A stretch of DNA of 64,000 nt from Tubiluchus corallicola (Eukaryota > Animalia > Priapulida): positions 496,001-560,000 of the forward strand of contig JAQGDQ010000032.1 in the NCBI GenBank assembly GCA_030141605.1, in the 5' to 3' direction. Made by a program: the position numbers and the translations under genes. The number at the start of each line of letters is the position of its first letter. Within the stretch, counting starts at the first letter, position 1. Positions 1 to 10,561 of this stretch are shown here, piece after piece. The notes beneath the pieces are model-generated. The model ran no database searches, was not told where the DNA came from, and saw only the letters and a program-made list of their open reading frames with translations.

Positions 1-9
1 CTTCATTAG

Positions 10-193
10 GTTTGTTCTACTTTGCTGGCCATGGTTTCGAGTTGAACGGAGTTTCCTTTATGATACCAATAGATGTTACGCAACTTAGCCATGAAAACTG
101 TTTGCCTGTGCCATTTGTTTGGGAGCAAATGCATAAAAGCAGATCAGTCTTGAATATATTAGTACTGGACATGTGCAGAAGAGATTTGCCAGA
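10..193 (+). CDS. MALT1: MALT1-like paracaspase, internal exon with catalytic His and Cys (caspase-like domain); gene 5' end outside window
   Basis: Acceptor ttcattAG at 8-9, donor GTGAGT at 194. Encodes (G)LFYFAGHGFELNGVSFMIPID...ILVLDMCRR, matching human MALT1 GLLYYAGHGYENFGNSFMVPVD...LLDMCRK. Confidence 0.95.
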
Positions 194-330
194 GTGAGTA
201 AATTAGGGTCGCTGTGTGTGGATCAGACTGTTCCAAATGATAACCCACATAACATGATAGTTTCTTGTTTTGACCAAATGTGTGCTATCATCTATTTTTC
301 TTTAATTAAATTTTGGCTGCTGAAAAATGT

Positions 331-1237
331 CAGGGTCGGTTCTGCCTCTAGGCAAACTAGGCAGTTACCTAAGACACCAATTTTTTTTTTGGGGGGGGGG
401 ACAAATTGTGGAAGTAATTCTTTAATTTTTAAGTTTTGCATAAGTAATATTAAATCATAGTGTGGGCCTATATGTAATTGCGCAAATGCACGATACTTTA
501 ATTAAATGAAACGACTACTTGCATTATTTTCCTTGATTCATCGATGGAAACAAGTGCCTTCCAGCAGCAAAACACTTTTTACTTTTACTTTATCTGGTTT
601 CTTAAGATTACGTCAATTTATGCAGACACTATTGATACGTTTCTCTGCTTTAACCTCCACTTTTTATTGTTTGCATAGAGCAGCAGAGCTATATAAGTGC
701 TAATAGTAGTGATCCTTCGTTAATGAAATAGTTTCTTACAATAGCATTTGTCTAATTATTGGCAAATAAACCTATAAGAATCGAAATCTTCAGAAATGCA
801 ATACAGAAAACGAAAGGTAAAAAAGCTGTCCAGCTATGAACAGTAAGAAGAATCGCTAATGAAGTGTGCGCCAACCCAGAGTTATAGTTGTGAAGATAAC
901 GAAACTGTTGAAATGGTTGTATAAGTGGAAAAGAGGATTTAGGGCTTCAAAGATCTTCTGATGAAAAGGCTGGGGGGAATCTAGCCGAGAGTAGCAGAAA
1001 TTTGACCGCCTAGTCATCACAAGCATAAGTAACAAACTACGCTTAATTAGTACACTATAAATACATGTATAAGCCGAGCACGCAAGCATCATTGTACTTA
1101 ATTACAATATTATAGAAGAAAAATTTAAACTTGCGGGCTTGGTGGGAACCGAGGGGAAGAGATTGACCATTGAGGAGGGGGCACTAAAAATACTTTTGCC
1201 TAGTTTTAGGGCATCAAACTACCTAGAGCTGGCCCTG
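331..1237. mobile_element. Non-autonomous hAT-like DNA transposon (about 0.9 kb) in MALT1 intron
   Basis: Termini CAGGGTCGGTTCT... and ...AGAGCTGGCCCTG (CAGGGCCGG-type TIR), subterminal CTAGGC repeats, flanking duplication AAAATGT (324-330 and 1238-1244). Confidence 0.75.
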
Positions 1238-1938
1238 AAAATGTGTGTGTAAATAAAGTGAATTGGATGGAACAAAATAAATTAGTGTTGCAGTAGCAAT
1301 CTGGGTTTTATTGCTTACATTTCGTATGAAAGCCATTAATGTTGTTACTTTGATAATGTGAATAGCAGTTTCTGCTAAGAACTGCTCTATCACAATGCAC
1401 CTTAAAATTTTTACCTGTACTCGAAATTTTTCTGACAAATTCAGAATTTGCATCATTTCAAGCTCTCAAAAAAGCTAAAGTGCAGTAAATAGGAGACGGG
1501 GGGGGGGCATAACTGGCTTCTTTAGTCTTTGCCTGGTCTTGCTTTTATTGGTCCTTATTTGACAACACCAGCCTAACTAGTGATGTAGTTGTTTGTAGAA
1601 GTGTTGTGATATTTTTTAATGGTTTACATTCTGTATAGGTATGACTTTGAACATAGTCTGTTCACTGTTTTTGACCAGGAAGCACCCCTGTGAAATTAGT
1701 GCTTTTTGCATGTCTTTACTTATTGCCTGTGAAAATTTGCAAATCAAATTTGGCCAAGAAGAATTACCTGGTGCCAAACGTCAAGATCCTTAAGATCAAA
1801 TATGAGAAGGATCTACAGCATCATCGCTGCTGTTGTTAAAATTGAGTTTTTGTCACATGAGTACTGCATTTGGCATTTTTCCTGCAGTTTCTGTAAAATT
1901 CTTATTCTTTATTTCTTAAGAATTCTAATTTTATTTAG

Positions 1939-2007
1939 GAGTGACAGTGCCAAGAAAATGAAAAAAATGATGCGGAAAAATGCAAATGACTTAGTTGTTT
2001 ATACAAC
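1939..2007 (+). CDS. MALT1: MALT1-like exon (caspase domain, ESDSAKKMKKMMRKNANDLVVYTT)
   Basis: ttatttAG acceptor and GTAAGT donor; phase 2/2 fits both neighbours; NANDLVVYTT aligns to MALT1 TANIVFGYAT. Confidence 0.85.
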
Positions 2008-2989
2008 GTAAGTTTGCCTATGGTATTATTTTACGCTATGGTGTCATACATTTCGTCTTGTGTTTGTTATCTTATTGATAGACTAGTTTTATATCAATCC
2101 ATTAATTTTTTCATTCACTTTTAACATGCTATATAATTGATTATGTTAAAATTTATTGCTATCAATCTATCATTTCTGTTTATTTTGTTTATTTTTTCAT
2201 TGTTAAGTAGCTCACAGTGTCATCCTTTTTGACAGTTTGCATATTAATTTCTTGGAAAGGGTTGGTGATCAAGTAGCTTAGTGCCTTCTCTATGTCTTCC
2301 TGATTTCTTTCTTTTGTTATGTTTGTATATGTAGAACTACATTCTTATTTTTGTTTGACAAAGAAAAAATTTTATGTTATAGCTTGTTTTGTTAATTGTT
2401 TACATTGGGGTAAGCTTGAAACAGTTTTATTTATAAATTTGTTATTAATAAGATTGTGTAGTCTTGAGGATTGTAATGTATGATTCCCAACGTAAAATAA
2501 CATTTGCCTGGTACTACGTAAATAAGGATATGTTTAAAATTACGTACTTTCGGCAAGTTAAGTTATTATTGACTTAACATGTTTGTGTGCTATCTAGATA
2601 AAGTAAATGTAAGCCAAATTAACTTTGTATAGAAAACGTTGAATAGTTTTAAACTTTTGTACTTCATTTTTTTAAAAAATGAATCAAACAATTATTAATC
2701 AGTTTTAGTTGCCATAAAAATTGTGTAGTTTAGCAAAAATATTTGAATTATTTGTCAACAAATAAGAAAGAGCAATAATACAAAAAACTACAATGTAACC
2801 AAAGATGATGATGCATGAAATGTTATAATTACTTTGGTTACTTATGCATGTGTCTGCTTGTTTTAATGTAAACTTTCATGCTGCTTATTAAGATAGTACT
2901 ATTTTGAAACTTTACCAGCCTGGTAAGTGGAGGTCTCACTCAGTTTATCCTGCCGTTTTTTTATTTTTTCCAAATATCTTCTTTTTAAG

Positions 2990-3105
2990 GCTGGGTGATG
3001 CATATGGCTGCCTTGATCAGCCAAATGGCTTTTACATGAAATATTGGGATCGTGTCATACATCAGAAACTCTCTGTCAGTGAAATGTTCAACAAAATTAA
3101 TTTTG
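2990..3105 (+). CDS. MALT1: MALT1-like exon (LGDAYGCLDQPNGFYMKYWDRVIHQKLSVSEMFNKINF)
   Basis: Long pyrimidine tract plus AAG acceptor, GTGAGT donor; NGFYMKYW resembles MALT1 NGIFMKFL. Confidence 0.9.
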
Positions 3106-3691
3106 GTGAGTTTCACATCAGTGTCTGAAAAAATAGTTGCATTGTTAATAATTTTGGGAAAACCATGTTGTTGTTGTTAGCATTTTGATAAAAATTGATA
3201 AGTTCGGCTGCAGCAGTAACATTTAGAATCCTATCTGCTATCTACAGGTTTCTTGATGTCACAGACCTGTAAACTTGTTGTTGAAATTGGGCTTTCTAAT
3301 CTGCTGGCATAGTAACAGTCCTTCCCAACGTGGTGTGTAATATATATCCTAACTACTACAAAAATAATCACAAGTCATTACAGTACTTTATTGTTTTATT
3401 TTTATTGTTCTTGCACCATTGTTGTTTTCTGCAAAATGCCAGTTGTTTTCAATTACTTAACACTTGCATTTAGTAGCAGGACTAAATAATGTAAAAGTAT
3501 AATACATTTAAGATTTAGTCTTACCTAAATTGTACTTGACCATATACCCCTCATTCGAGCAGCCAACCAAAGAAGAGACTATCACAATTAAAATCAGATT
3601 TTTAAATGAAATGGAAATTTCGCCAACTTAGTTTTTGCATGTTTACAATGTGTGTATTTGCATGAAAGTTTTCTATGTCATCTTGTTGAAG

Positions 3692-3853
3692 ATATTGGAA
3701 CCGACGAGCGCTTAGTACACTTACAAAGGCCTGAGATACAAGATGCAGGTCGTGAGTCTAACTGCCGGTCTCTTCACGACAGGATCGTTTGTGAATCACA
3801 TGAGTCAATCATTGATGTAAGCCATCAGCTCTGGAATAGTATGCACAGTATTG
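3692..3853 (+). CDS. MALT1: MALT1-like exon (end of caspase domain and linker helix: QRPEIQD...RSLHDRI...QLWNSMH)
   Basis: Phase 1/1 exon; aligns to MALT1 QALEIRSS...RALTDPI...LQWAKAH. Donor GTAAAT at 3854; an alternative same-phase GT at 3848 cannot be excluded. Confidence 0.85.
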
Positions 3854-4944
3854 GTAAATATCTAGCAGCTTGTGTATGTTACAAGATAGCTATGGCTTTG
3901 GGCAAAACTTTACTTCATATATGTGAATAACATGTGAACATAAAACACCAGTGTGATTTTGGCTTTCAAGCTCACTTCAGATTTTTTATATTGTCAGCCC
4001 TCTAGTGACAGTAACGTGAATGAGAAAACGGAAACAATGAAATAAAGTTTGCATACTTTAAACAACATATCAGTTAGCAAATATCAAAGATACAATTCGG
4101 TTAGCGTAAAAAGGGGAGCTGGCTACTGCTTGGCGTATCAGCACCAAACACAGTTTTCAGATGAGTAAAGCTTCCCCACTTTAACATAATGTTAAACAGT
4201 CTATTCCATTTGTCAGAAATAGACAGACAGTTGTCAGCAAGAACACAGTCCGGTATGAACTCAGCATTCAGTAACACATAACATGAGTAACGTATTTATG
4301 AAGACGAATTAGTCTGGCCATTACCCCCATTAGTTCCTATGTTAGACTCCAGAGGTGAACTTGTCTGTTAAGGCAACATAAGAATGTATGCATACCCGAG
4401 TTGTAAAGAAATGTTAAGATACTTCACCAAATACCATCCGTCCATACAGCAACAAACCTCAGTGGCTGCACTACCCCAAATGGTAAAAGTCCAGGTAAGA
4501 ATACCAACATCCAAAAACAACACAACCAGAGCATGTGACAGGCTCTGTCAAGACGGGGCTTAATATGAATCACTGCTTAAAGCCCGACACATGTTAGTCC
4601 ATGCTTCAACGATCACAAAGCTTGTAGTTCTATCGTAAGCATGTAATAGTAGCCAGCAGGGCAAGACCAGCTAATAGTTTATAGATTTCTACAGGATAGT
4701 TGTTAAGCCTGGTGATATGCCAAAAATTACACATAAATAATAATTAGCTTGTTACAATGTACTTGCATTTTATGTTGATTTTACTAGAGAGTATCACGTT
4801 ATCTTGATATCTGTCATTACTATCATCACAAGTATCATCATCATTTCCTTTATTGTAAAAATTGATTTACATTGGCATTTCTTGGCCTTGAAAAGATAGT
4901 TCGCTACCTGAGTTACCATATTTTATACACATTCAGAGATGTAC

Positions 4945-5070
4945 AGGTCTGAGCAGGCTTGAGGAGTTGCTGCTATTACCAGCAAAGTTATTGTTTCTTA
5001 ACTGTATGGTCTGGTAATTGAACCTGCTACCTAAAATTAAACGTGGCTAGGACTTTAAGACCACACTACT
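4945..5070 (-). mobile_element. Possible decayed tRNA-derived SINE fragment
   Basis: Minus strand reads gtagtgtggtc...ggtagcaGGTTCAATTACC (A/B-box-like) followed by a SINE-like body; highly degenerate. Confidence 0.3.
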
Positions 5071-5714
5071 TAGAGTTTTCCTGACTTGTTTGTAACGGTC
5101 TAAATGGAAAAATTGTTTTATATTTGGGCAGCTTCATGAAACCATAACGTTGGGCACTTTTAAATGCAGTTTGAGCTTTTGATTTTGATTCTGATGTGTG
5201 AAGTTGTGAACTTACTAACTATTAATAGGTTATCATAGTCTAGTTTTTGTTTTGACTAACTTGATATGAAAAAGGATAAGCTCTTAGAGGAGGCATGAGG
5301 TGCGCAGCCCAGAGGTCACAGCATTATGATTCGTGACCAAAATTAAGAAGACTGCCAATGCTGGTCAGTGAATTTATGTGCTGAACCAGTTCAGTGCTCA
5401 CTGTCGGCAGTGTTCGCCGTGCTGATTCTGGCTGCATCTCATAATGGGAGAATGTATTCACATCCCAGCCTGCTATGTTATCTCTGTTCAGTCAGTTAAT
5501 TATCATAGAGACATTGCCTTGTCAGTAAGCCAGGTTCTGACTTTACCACAACCACACGAATAGAATAGACTTTGCCAGTGAATACCAAAAAATTGTTTCG
5601 TGACACCATTTTATAAGTTTGCATGTTTTATACTTTTAAATTTATTGTTGAATTTTAGTTAAAGCGACTTTGTTGTTGTAAAAATGATTGCATTTGTATG
5701 TGGTCAATTTTCAG

Positions 5715-5911
5715 TTTGGTCGGTCGGTGATCGAGAATTTCATTCAGACAGTGACGAATTCGTCGCACGTAAAAATGGTTTTGAAATTAAGTACAAATTT
5801 GAATTTCTGAAGCCATTCAGGGCTTTCTTCATCTCAAATCAGCTAGCTGCTAAAGTGACAGTTTTGTCTGGCAGTATGTTCGACATGAACGAGTACATGC
5901 TATTTGCCAAG
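5715..5911 (+). CDS. MALT1: MALT1-like exon (start of Ig3-like domain)
   Basis: ttttcAG acceptor, AAG|GTGAGC donor, open frame with phase 1/0; FRAFFISNQLAAKV resembles MALT1 FAAEFSNVMIIY. Confidence 0.8.
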
Positions 5912-6524
5912 GTGAGCATCACAGTTAATTGGGCTACTATTGTACCTGTTCTATGGTTAGTAAATTGTATGGCAGTAAGAAGCCACCCAAGCAAGCATTG
6001 GCTTAATGTTACACTAAATTTCTCAACCCAAGTTATCCTTGCTGGAGTAATGCCAACACTGTATTAAATTTAGGTGCTTAATTTGGCTTCTTTTTTAAAA
6101 TAAACATCTTTGAAGTTGGTAAGTTGCTTTTGAACAGTGGTAGAAGCATTGCAGTCCTGCTGTGATTTGCTTAGTTTTAAGAATGTGCATTTTCTAATTT
6201 AAATCTAACTTATACTTGCAATAGAACAGCTGCTTATAAATTCATCTTTTGCCTCAAGATTTTTATCTGTGGAATTCCTTACTAAAAAATTGTCTTTTCT
6301 AACTATAACCTCGCTTGGTTCAAAGAGAATGCCTTCCATCACTTGTAGATGATGTAGATCTATGTTTGTATTTTAACTTTCTAACAGCGGCCACTGGCCT
6401 TGTTTGTGGTAATTGGTATAAAAAACTAAATGATATTAGTGGCAATTAAGTGTGTTTATGAGTGTTTTGTGTTTTCCGTAATTTTTCTGTCCATCAGAAT
6501 AAGTAATATTTATATATAACACAG

Positions 6525-6695
6525 GTGCCAGATGAGTTCACTGAGGTTGTTTCCAATTACAAAGAGCTGCAGAGAAGTGAACACACCTTTTCAATGAATT
6601 TGCATGAACAGTCTTCAGTTTTGACGAACATATTTAATAGTCAAAGGTTAAACCGTTCGTTCTATCTTGAAATCATTCTGAAACATCGGACACAG
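6525..6695 (+). CDS. MALT1: MALT1-like exon (Ig3-like domain, VPDEFTE...IFNSQRLNRSFYLEIILKHRTQ); not in the ORF track
   Basis: acacAG acceptor, 57 open codons, CAG|GTACAG donor at phase 0; IFNSQRLNRSFYLEIIL resembles MALT1 LSSLQKLKEHLVFTVCL. Confidence 0.8.
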
Positions 6696-7896
6696 GTACA
6701 GTAAGACATCAGTATGAGCATAAGTTGTCAGTGCAAATAATTGGCTTGCAAATAAATTGAGGCAAAAGCACGTGGTGAAGTTTTCAGTGTTCTTGAATCT
6801 GAACATTTTTTGTTGCTGTATGCATTGCTCAGGCATAATTGAAATATAAGAATATCTTCTTCATAATTAGTATAGACATTAAGCTTGAAATTATTGTGCA
6901 ATAAATCTTTTGGCATTCATTTAGCAAGACTGCATGCTTTTTTTCCACATTAGTTACCTTAAAATTGAAAATTGTGTTATTAATAACTCTCATAAATTAT
7001 AATGTTATTCAGTAGTATATACATTTTTACATTGTTCTCTGTAAATATGTTTCCCTATGCTTAGACTTGATTCAATGCTTTAAGAAAGAGTCTGTCATAT
7101 AGAGATTAAGGTTTTCGTGCTTTGTAACCAGACTGTGAAGGCTTCAGATCGAAATCCCAGAATGATGTTTCACTGTTCTTGTCTGTGCCAACCATAAATG
7201 TTATTTCGATAGAAGATTTATGTCAATAAAGGAAAGAGCAAGCCACTCAGTATGTTGGGTTTGTTTTACTGTTATTGCATGAACTTAGAAAAATATAACA
7301 AAGAAATTTACGGAAAAACTCTCTATAAAGCATAAATTTAAAATATATTACCTCTAGATAGAAATATTCAAGCGTGGTTGTTACCGCCATTCACTTGAAA
7401 AACATGATGTAACTGGTATACTCTGTGACTTTTTGCAAGCATGCGCTGCTTAAACCAATTCAAATTTCTGCAGCTTACCTGATGTTCAAGCATAAATGTT
7501 GCAAATTAGCTATCTAATTATTTTGAAAAACTTATTATACTTTTGATGAGAAATTGGCAGTGTGCTACTTTTGTTCAGGACAAGTGACGTCACTGGAAGA
7601 ATGGGCATTGAAAAGGGGAGTGCCTAAGCATGAAGTCATCACGACTTTAAAAGTGATTTTACTAATTATGCAAGGCACTTATTGCAGTTTTCTTACTAAA
7701 TCCTTCTAACATTTTTCGTGAATATTGAAATGACCCTGACTTTCCTGAAGCATTGGCCTTTCTTTTAATAAATCCTGGTTTTGCTAGAAAAAAGTTTGAA
7801 ATTGGCATATATTTTTCTCAAAGCTTATGTGCTTTCCATTTGAGCTCCTTACATCCCTGTAGGCGGTCATATTGTCCTACTATGGTCAGTTTAACG

Positions 7897-7958
7897 AAAT
7901 GATAAAATTTTCATTCCACTTGCAAACAAATGATAAAATTTTCATTCCACTTGTAAAA
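7897..7958. repeat. 31-bp tandem duplication
   Basis: aaatgataaaattttcattccacttg(c/t)aaa occurs twice in tandem. Confidence 0.9.
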
Positions 7959-8416
7959 AAATGGTTTTGATTATGGGAACAGTAAATATGCATCTTCTCA
8001 TTAACAAATGGCCTTTGCTTGGTTAGCATTTATGTTTTTAAGTTTACTATCAGTTAGAGTTCATCTCTGAGAGAAATTTCATATTCCACTGTTTAGAATA
8101 TGAGTATGTGAGAATTGGGACTGTGTGACTACTGGAATAGAGAGTGGTTTCAAAATTCTTCGTTAATGCTCTATCAAGTGCAGCCTGTCTTGCTAGATGC
8201 TAAGAAATTACTTTCATGCCCTTCAGACTTGTGTTAATCAGCATTTTATTTATTCTGTGCTTCAGATTTTGCATTGCTGATCATTCGAGACATCATTTAA
8301 GACCTAGATATTATTATCAAAATCAATAAGCCTTTGGTAACAAGCAGTTATATAAATATTGTTTTAAGGTGTTTTTTGCAATTAATGATTACTTTCAATT
8401 TTCTTTTTCTTTTCAG

Positions 8417-8713
8417 CACACTAATGATATAATACAGAGAATCAATGTTGTGGTGCCTAACTTCACGGACAAACATCTAGTAAGTACTGACAGCCAATGT
8501 AAAACAGAGGCAGTCGAAGACTTTGACAGCTCATACTTAGGCAGTGGTAAGTTTTGTTCTGAAGACCTTGTTTTGGCAAAACCGTCTGAGGATTATGATG
8601 CATCATCGTACATAGATGAAAGTGATGAATGGCAGAGTTTTGCTTTCAAAAACTTATCCGATGAGCTTGATAAAACAATAAACTCGGGGGAAAAACCTGA
8701 TTCAAATGCTTAA
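8417..8713 (+). CDS. MALT1: MALT1-like terminal coding exon (last Ig3 strand plus acidic tail)
   Basis: Strong acceptor ttctttttcttttcAG, phase 0; IIQRINVVVP resembles MALT1 KQEVNVGKP; stop TAA at 8711-8713. Confidence 0.85.
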   Translation, partial: HTNDIIQRINVVVPNFTDKHLVSTDSQCKTEAVEDFDSSYLGSGKFCSEDLVLAKPSEDYDASSYIDESDEWQSFAFKNLSDELDKTINSGEKPDSNA

Positions 8714-8729
8714 GCTCTTTTATAAAGAA

Positions 8730-9230
8730 AGTATACTGTAATAAATAAAAAATCCCACAGCTAAAAAACAAGAAAAAAGAAAAAGGGACACAACATTTCA
8801 AACTACCACAGTAGTTCTCATTAGCTGGACAAAAAACCAAGAAAAGCATAAAGAATTACCGGGTGTTTTGTTTATATTATTAACACAAAAAGTATATCTA
8901 ATTGAAAAGGATACAAGCATGTAGAAAAAACAGTAGCCCAGCAAGTAAAAACGCAAGTATAAAACACTAGCCACAGTCACAGAATAGAGTGGGACACAAC
9001 AAAAACTAAGTGATGTCCAACATTAATGCTAATTATGCATAAACTGGTTGGTTTATTAGTTTCTCGTGTCTATCAGTAATGAAATTAAAACACAGTACAA
9101 CAAAATCAATTTTTTTCGTCCCGTTTTTGTTCACTTGAAGAACTACAGTGGTAGTTCGAAATGTTGTGCTTTTATTCTTTATTGTTGTTTAATTAAGGGA
9201 TTTTTTAATCATTTTAACTACATGTATTCT
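8730..9230. repeat. Long imperfect inverted repeat directly after the MALT1-like stop codon
   Basis: 8789-8818 vs reverse complement of 9139-9168 is 28/30 identical; 8746-8756 vs 9197-9207 is 11/11; weaker similarity continues inward. Confidence 0.9.
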
Positions 9231-10471
9231 TCATGTACATGTATACATGTAGTCATTAAAAATTTGTCATATCTGTACTACATGTTTTCATGTGCCCAAC
9301 TGTATTTCAGGAGAATTTGTTTAATGCTGTATTTTGAGATTGTCTTTATAGTTTAGCACTCTGCAAACCAGGATTCAACACTCAGTGGCAGGGTTTGCTT
9401 AACCCTTGGCCACTAAAATGAGGTGTAAAAACATCCCAATTGTTTTCTATTTAGTTATATCATTTTGTCACGAGACTGCCAGTGTCTGTCCTCTTCAATG
9501 TTTAAATGATTATCTGTCTGTGGGCAAATTCATTTGATCGCTTGCATTTCACTTTGTTTTGATTACTATATTAATTACAACACACGGTATGTTTTACCCT
9601 AATGCAGGTATTGCCATCATATTGACTTTGACCATTATTTAGTGTAAGCATGTTTCTATGGTGCATATTAGTTAGCTTTGAAATTTCCTGTTGTTGTGAA
9701 AAAGTGGACTTTGTTAAGCCTTGGAGAAGCTACATAAGTAAAGTAAAGTAAAGTAACATGCCTTCTGGTGATTTTCTTATAATTTTGTATGTGTAAACTT
9801 AATACATTATTGTATTGCAGTCAAGCATGTGATGTAGGTTTAGTCACCAACAGAAATGGTGCAGTAGTATTTCCTCTGCACATATCCATGGGATAGTACT
9901 ATACCACATTTTGAGTATTCACATGACTGTAAAATATTCCAAATTTGTGTTCTAGTGCAGCTAGTTTTAATAGTAAAGTTTCCAGCTCATAATGCTATCT
10001 TGGGAAATTCTCATTTCCAGAATGTCCAGTTGCTGTTTAGTATTATCAACTGTTAACCAAATAATAGTTCATAATGAAATTTGACAATAATAAATTTTGG
10101 AGGATAATCAAATTCTACAACTATAAATTATGTAATATAACACTAAGTCAGGCTAGGTTATGCTTCACTTAAATTTGTTAGTTGTAATAATGGCAAGTTT
10201 TCCTTGGAATCTTTTACACTCCATGGAGAAAAAATTAAAATACAAATATACATTTTCAAGGTGATTTCTTTCATTATTACATAAGCACGATATTGATTAA
10301 CCAATTTTGTCAAAGAATCGTATATTTTTTTGTATGACGTAACTAGATAGATCCAAATGTAATATAGCAGTTTTACCAAGGGAATATTTAGGAACTTGTT
10401 TTCTTTCAGCAAAAATAGCCAATTTGCCTTGTGCATTTGCAAAACGGACCAAATTATCTAAATATAAATTA

Positions 10472-10477
10472 AATAAA
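10472..10477 (+). terminator. Candidate distal poly(A) signal of MALT1-like gene
   Basis: AATAAA followed by a GT-rich element (tgttgttgttattgtt, 10524-10539); a proximal AATAAA pair also lies at 8740-8749. Confidence 0.4.
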
Positions 10478-10555
10478 TTTTTATACTTTTAACTTGTAGT
10501 CAGGAAAGCGTTACATAGGATAGTGTTGTTGTTATTGTTACATGCATTAAAATTA

Positions 10556-10561
10556 TTTATT
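10556..10561 (-). terminator. Candidate poly(A) signal of basonuclin gene
   Basis: TTTATT on + (AATAAA on -) where the strand composition bias appears to flip. Confidence 0.4.

Noticed and set aside
3950-4680. GC-richer intronic segment, possible LINE or coding remnant
   Set aside because: Short open frames on both strands show no convincing RT or transposase motif.
7132-7250. Possible extra MALT1 exon
   Set aside because: Phase-compatible frames hit stops, and exon 6525-6695 joins 8417 directly with sensible MALT1 alignment.
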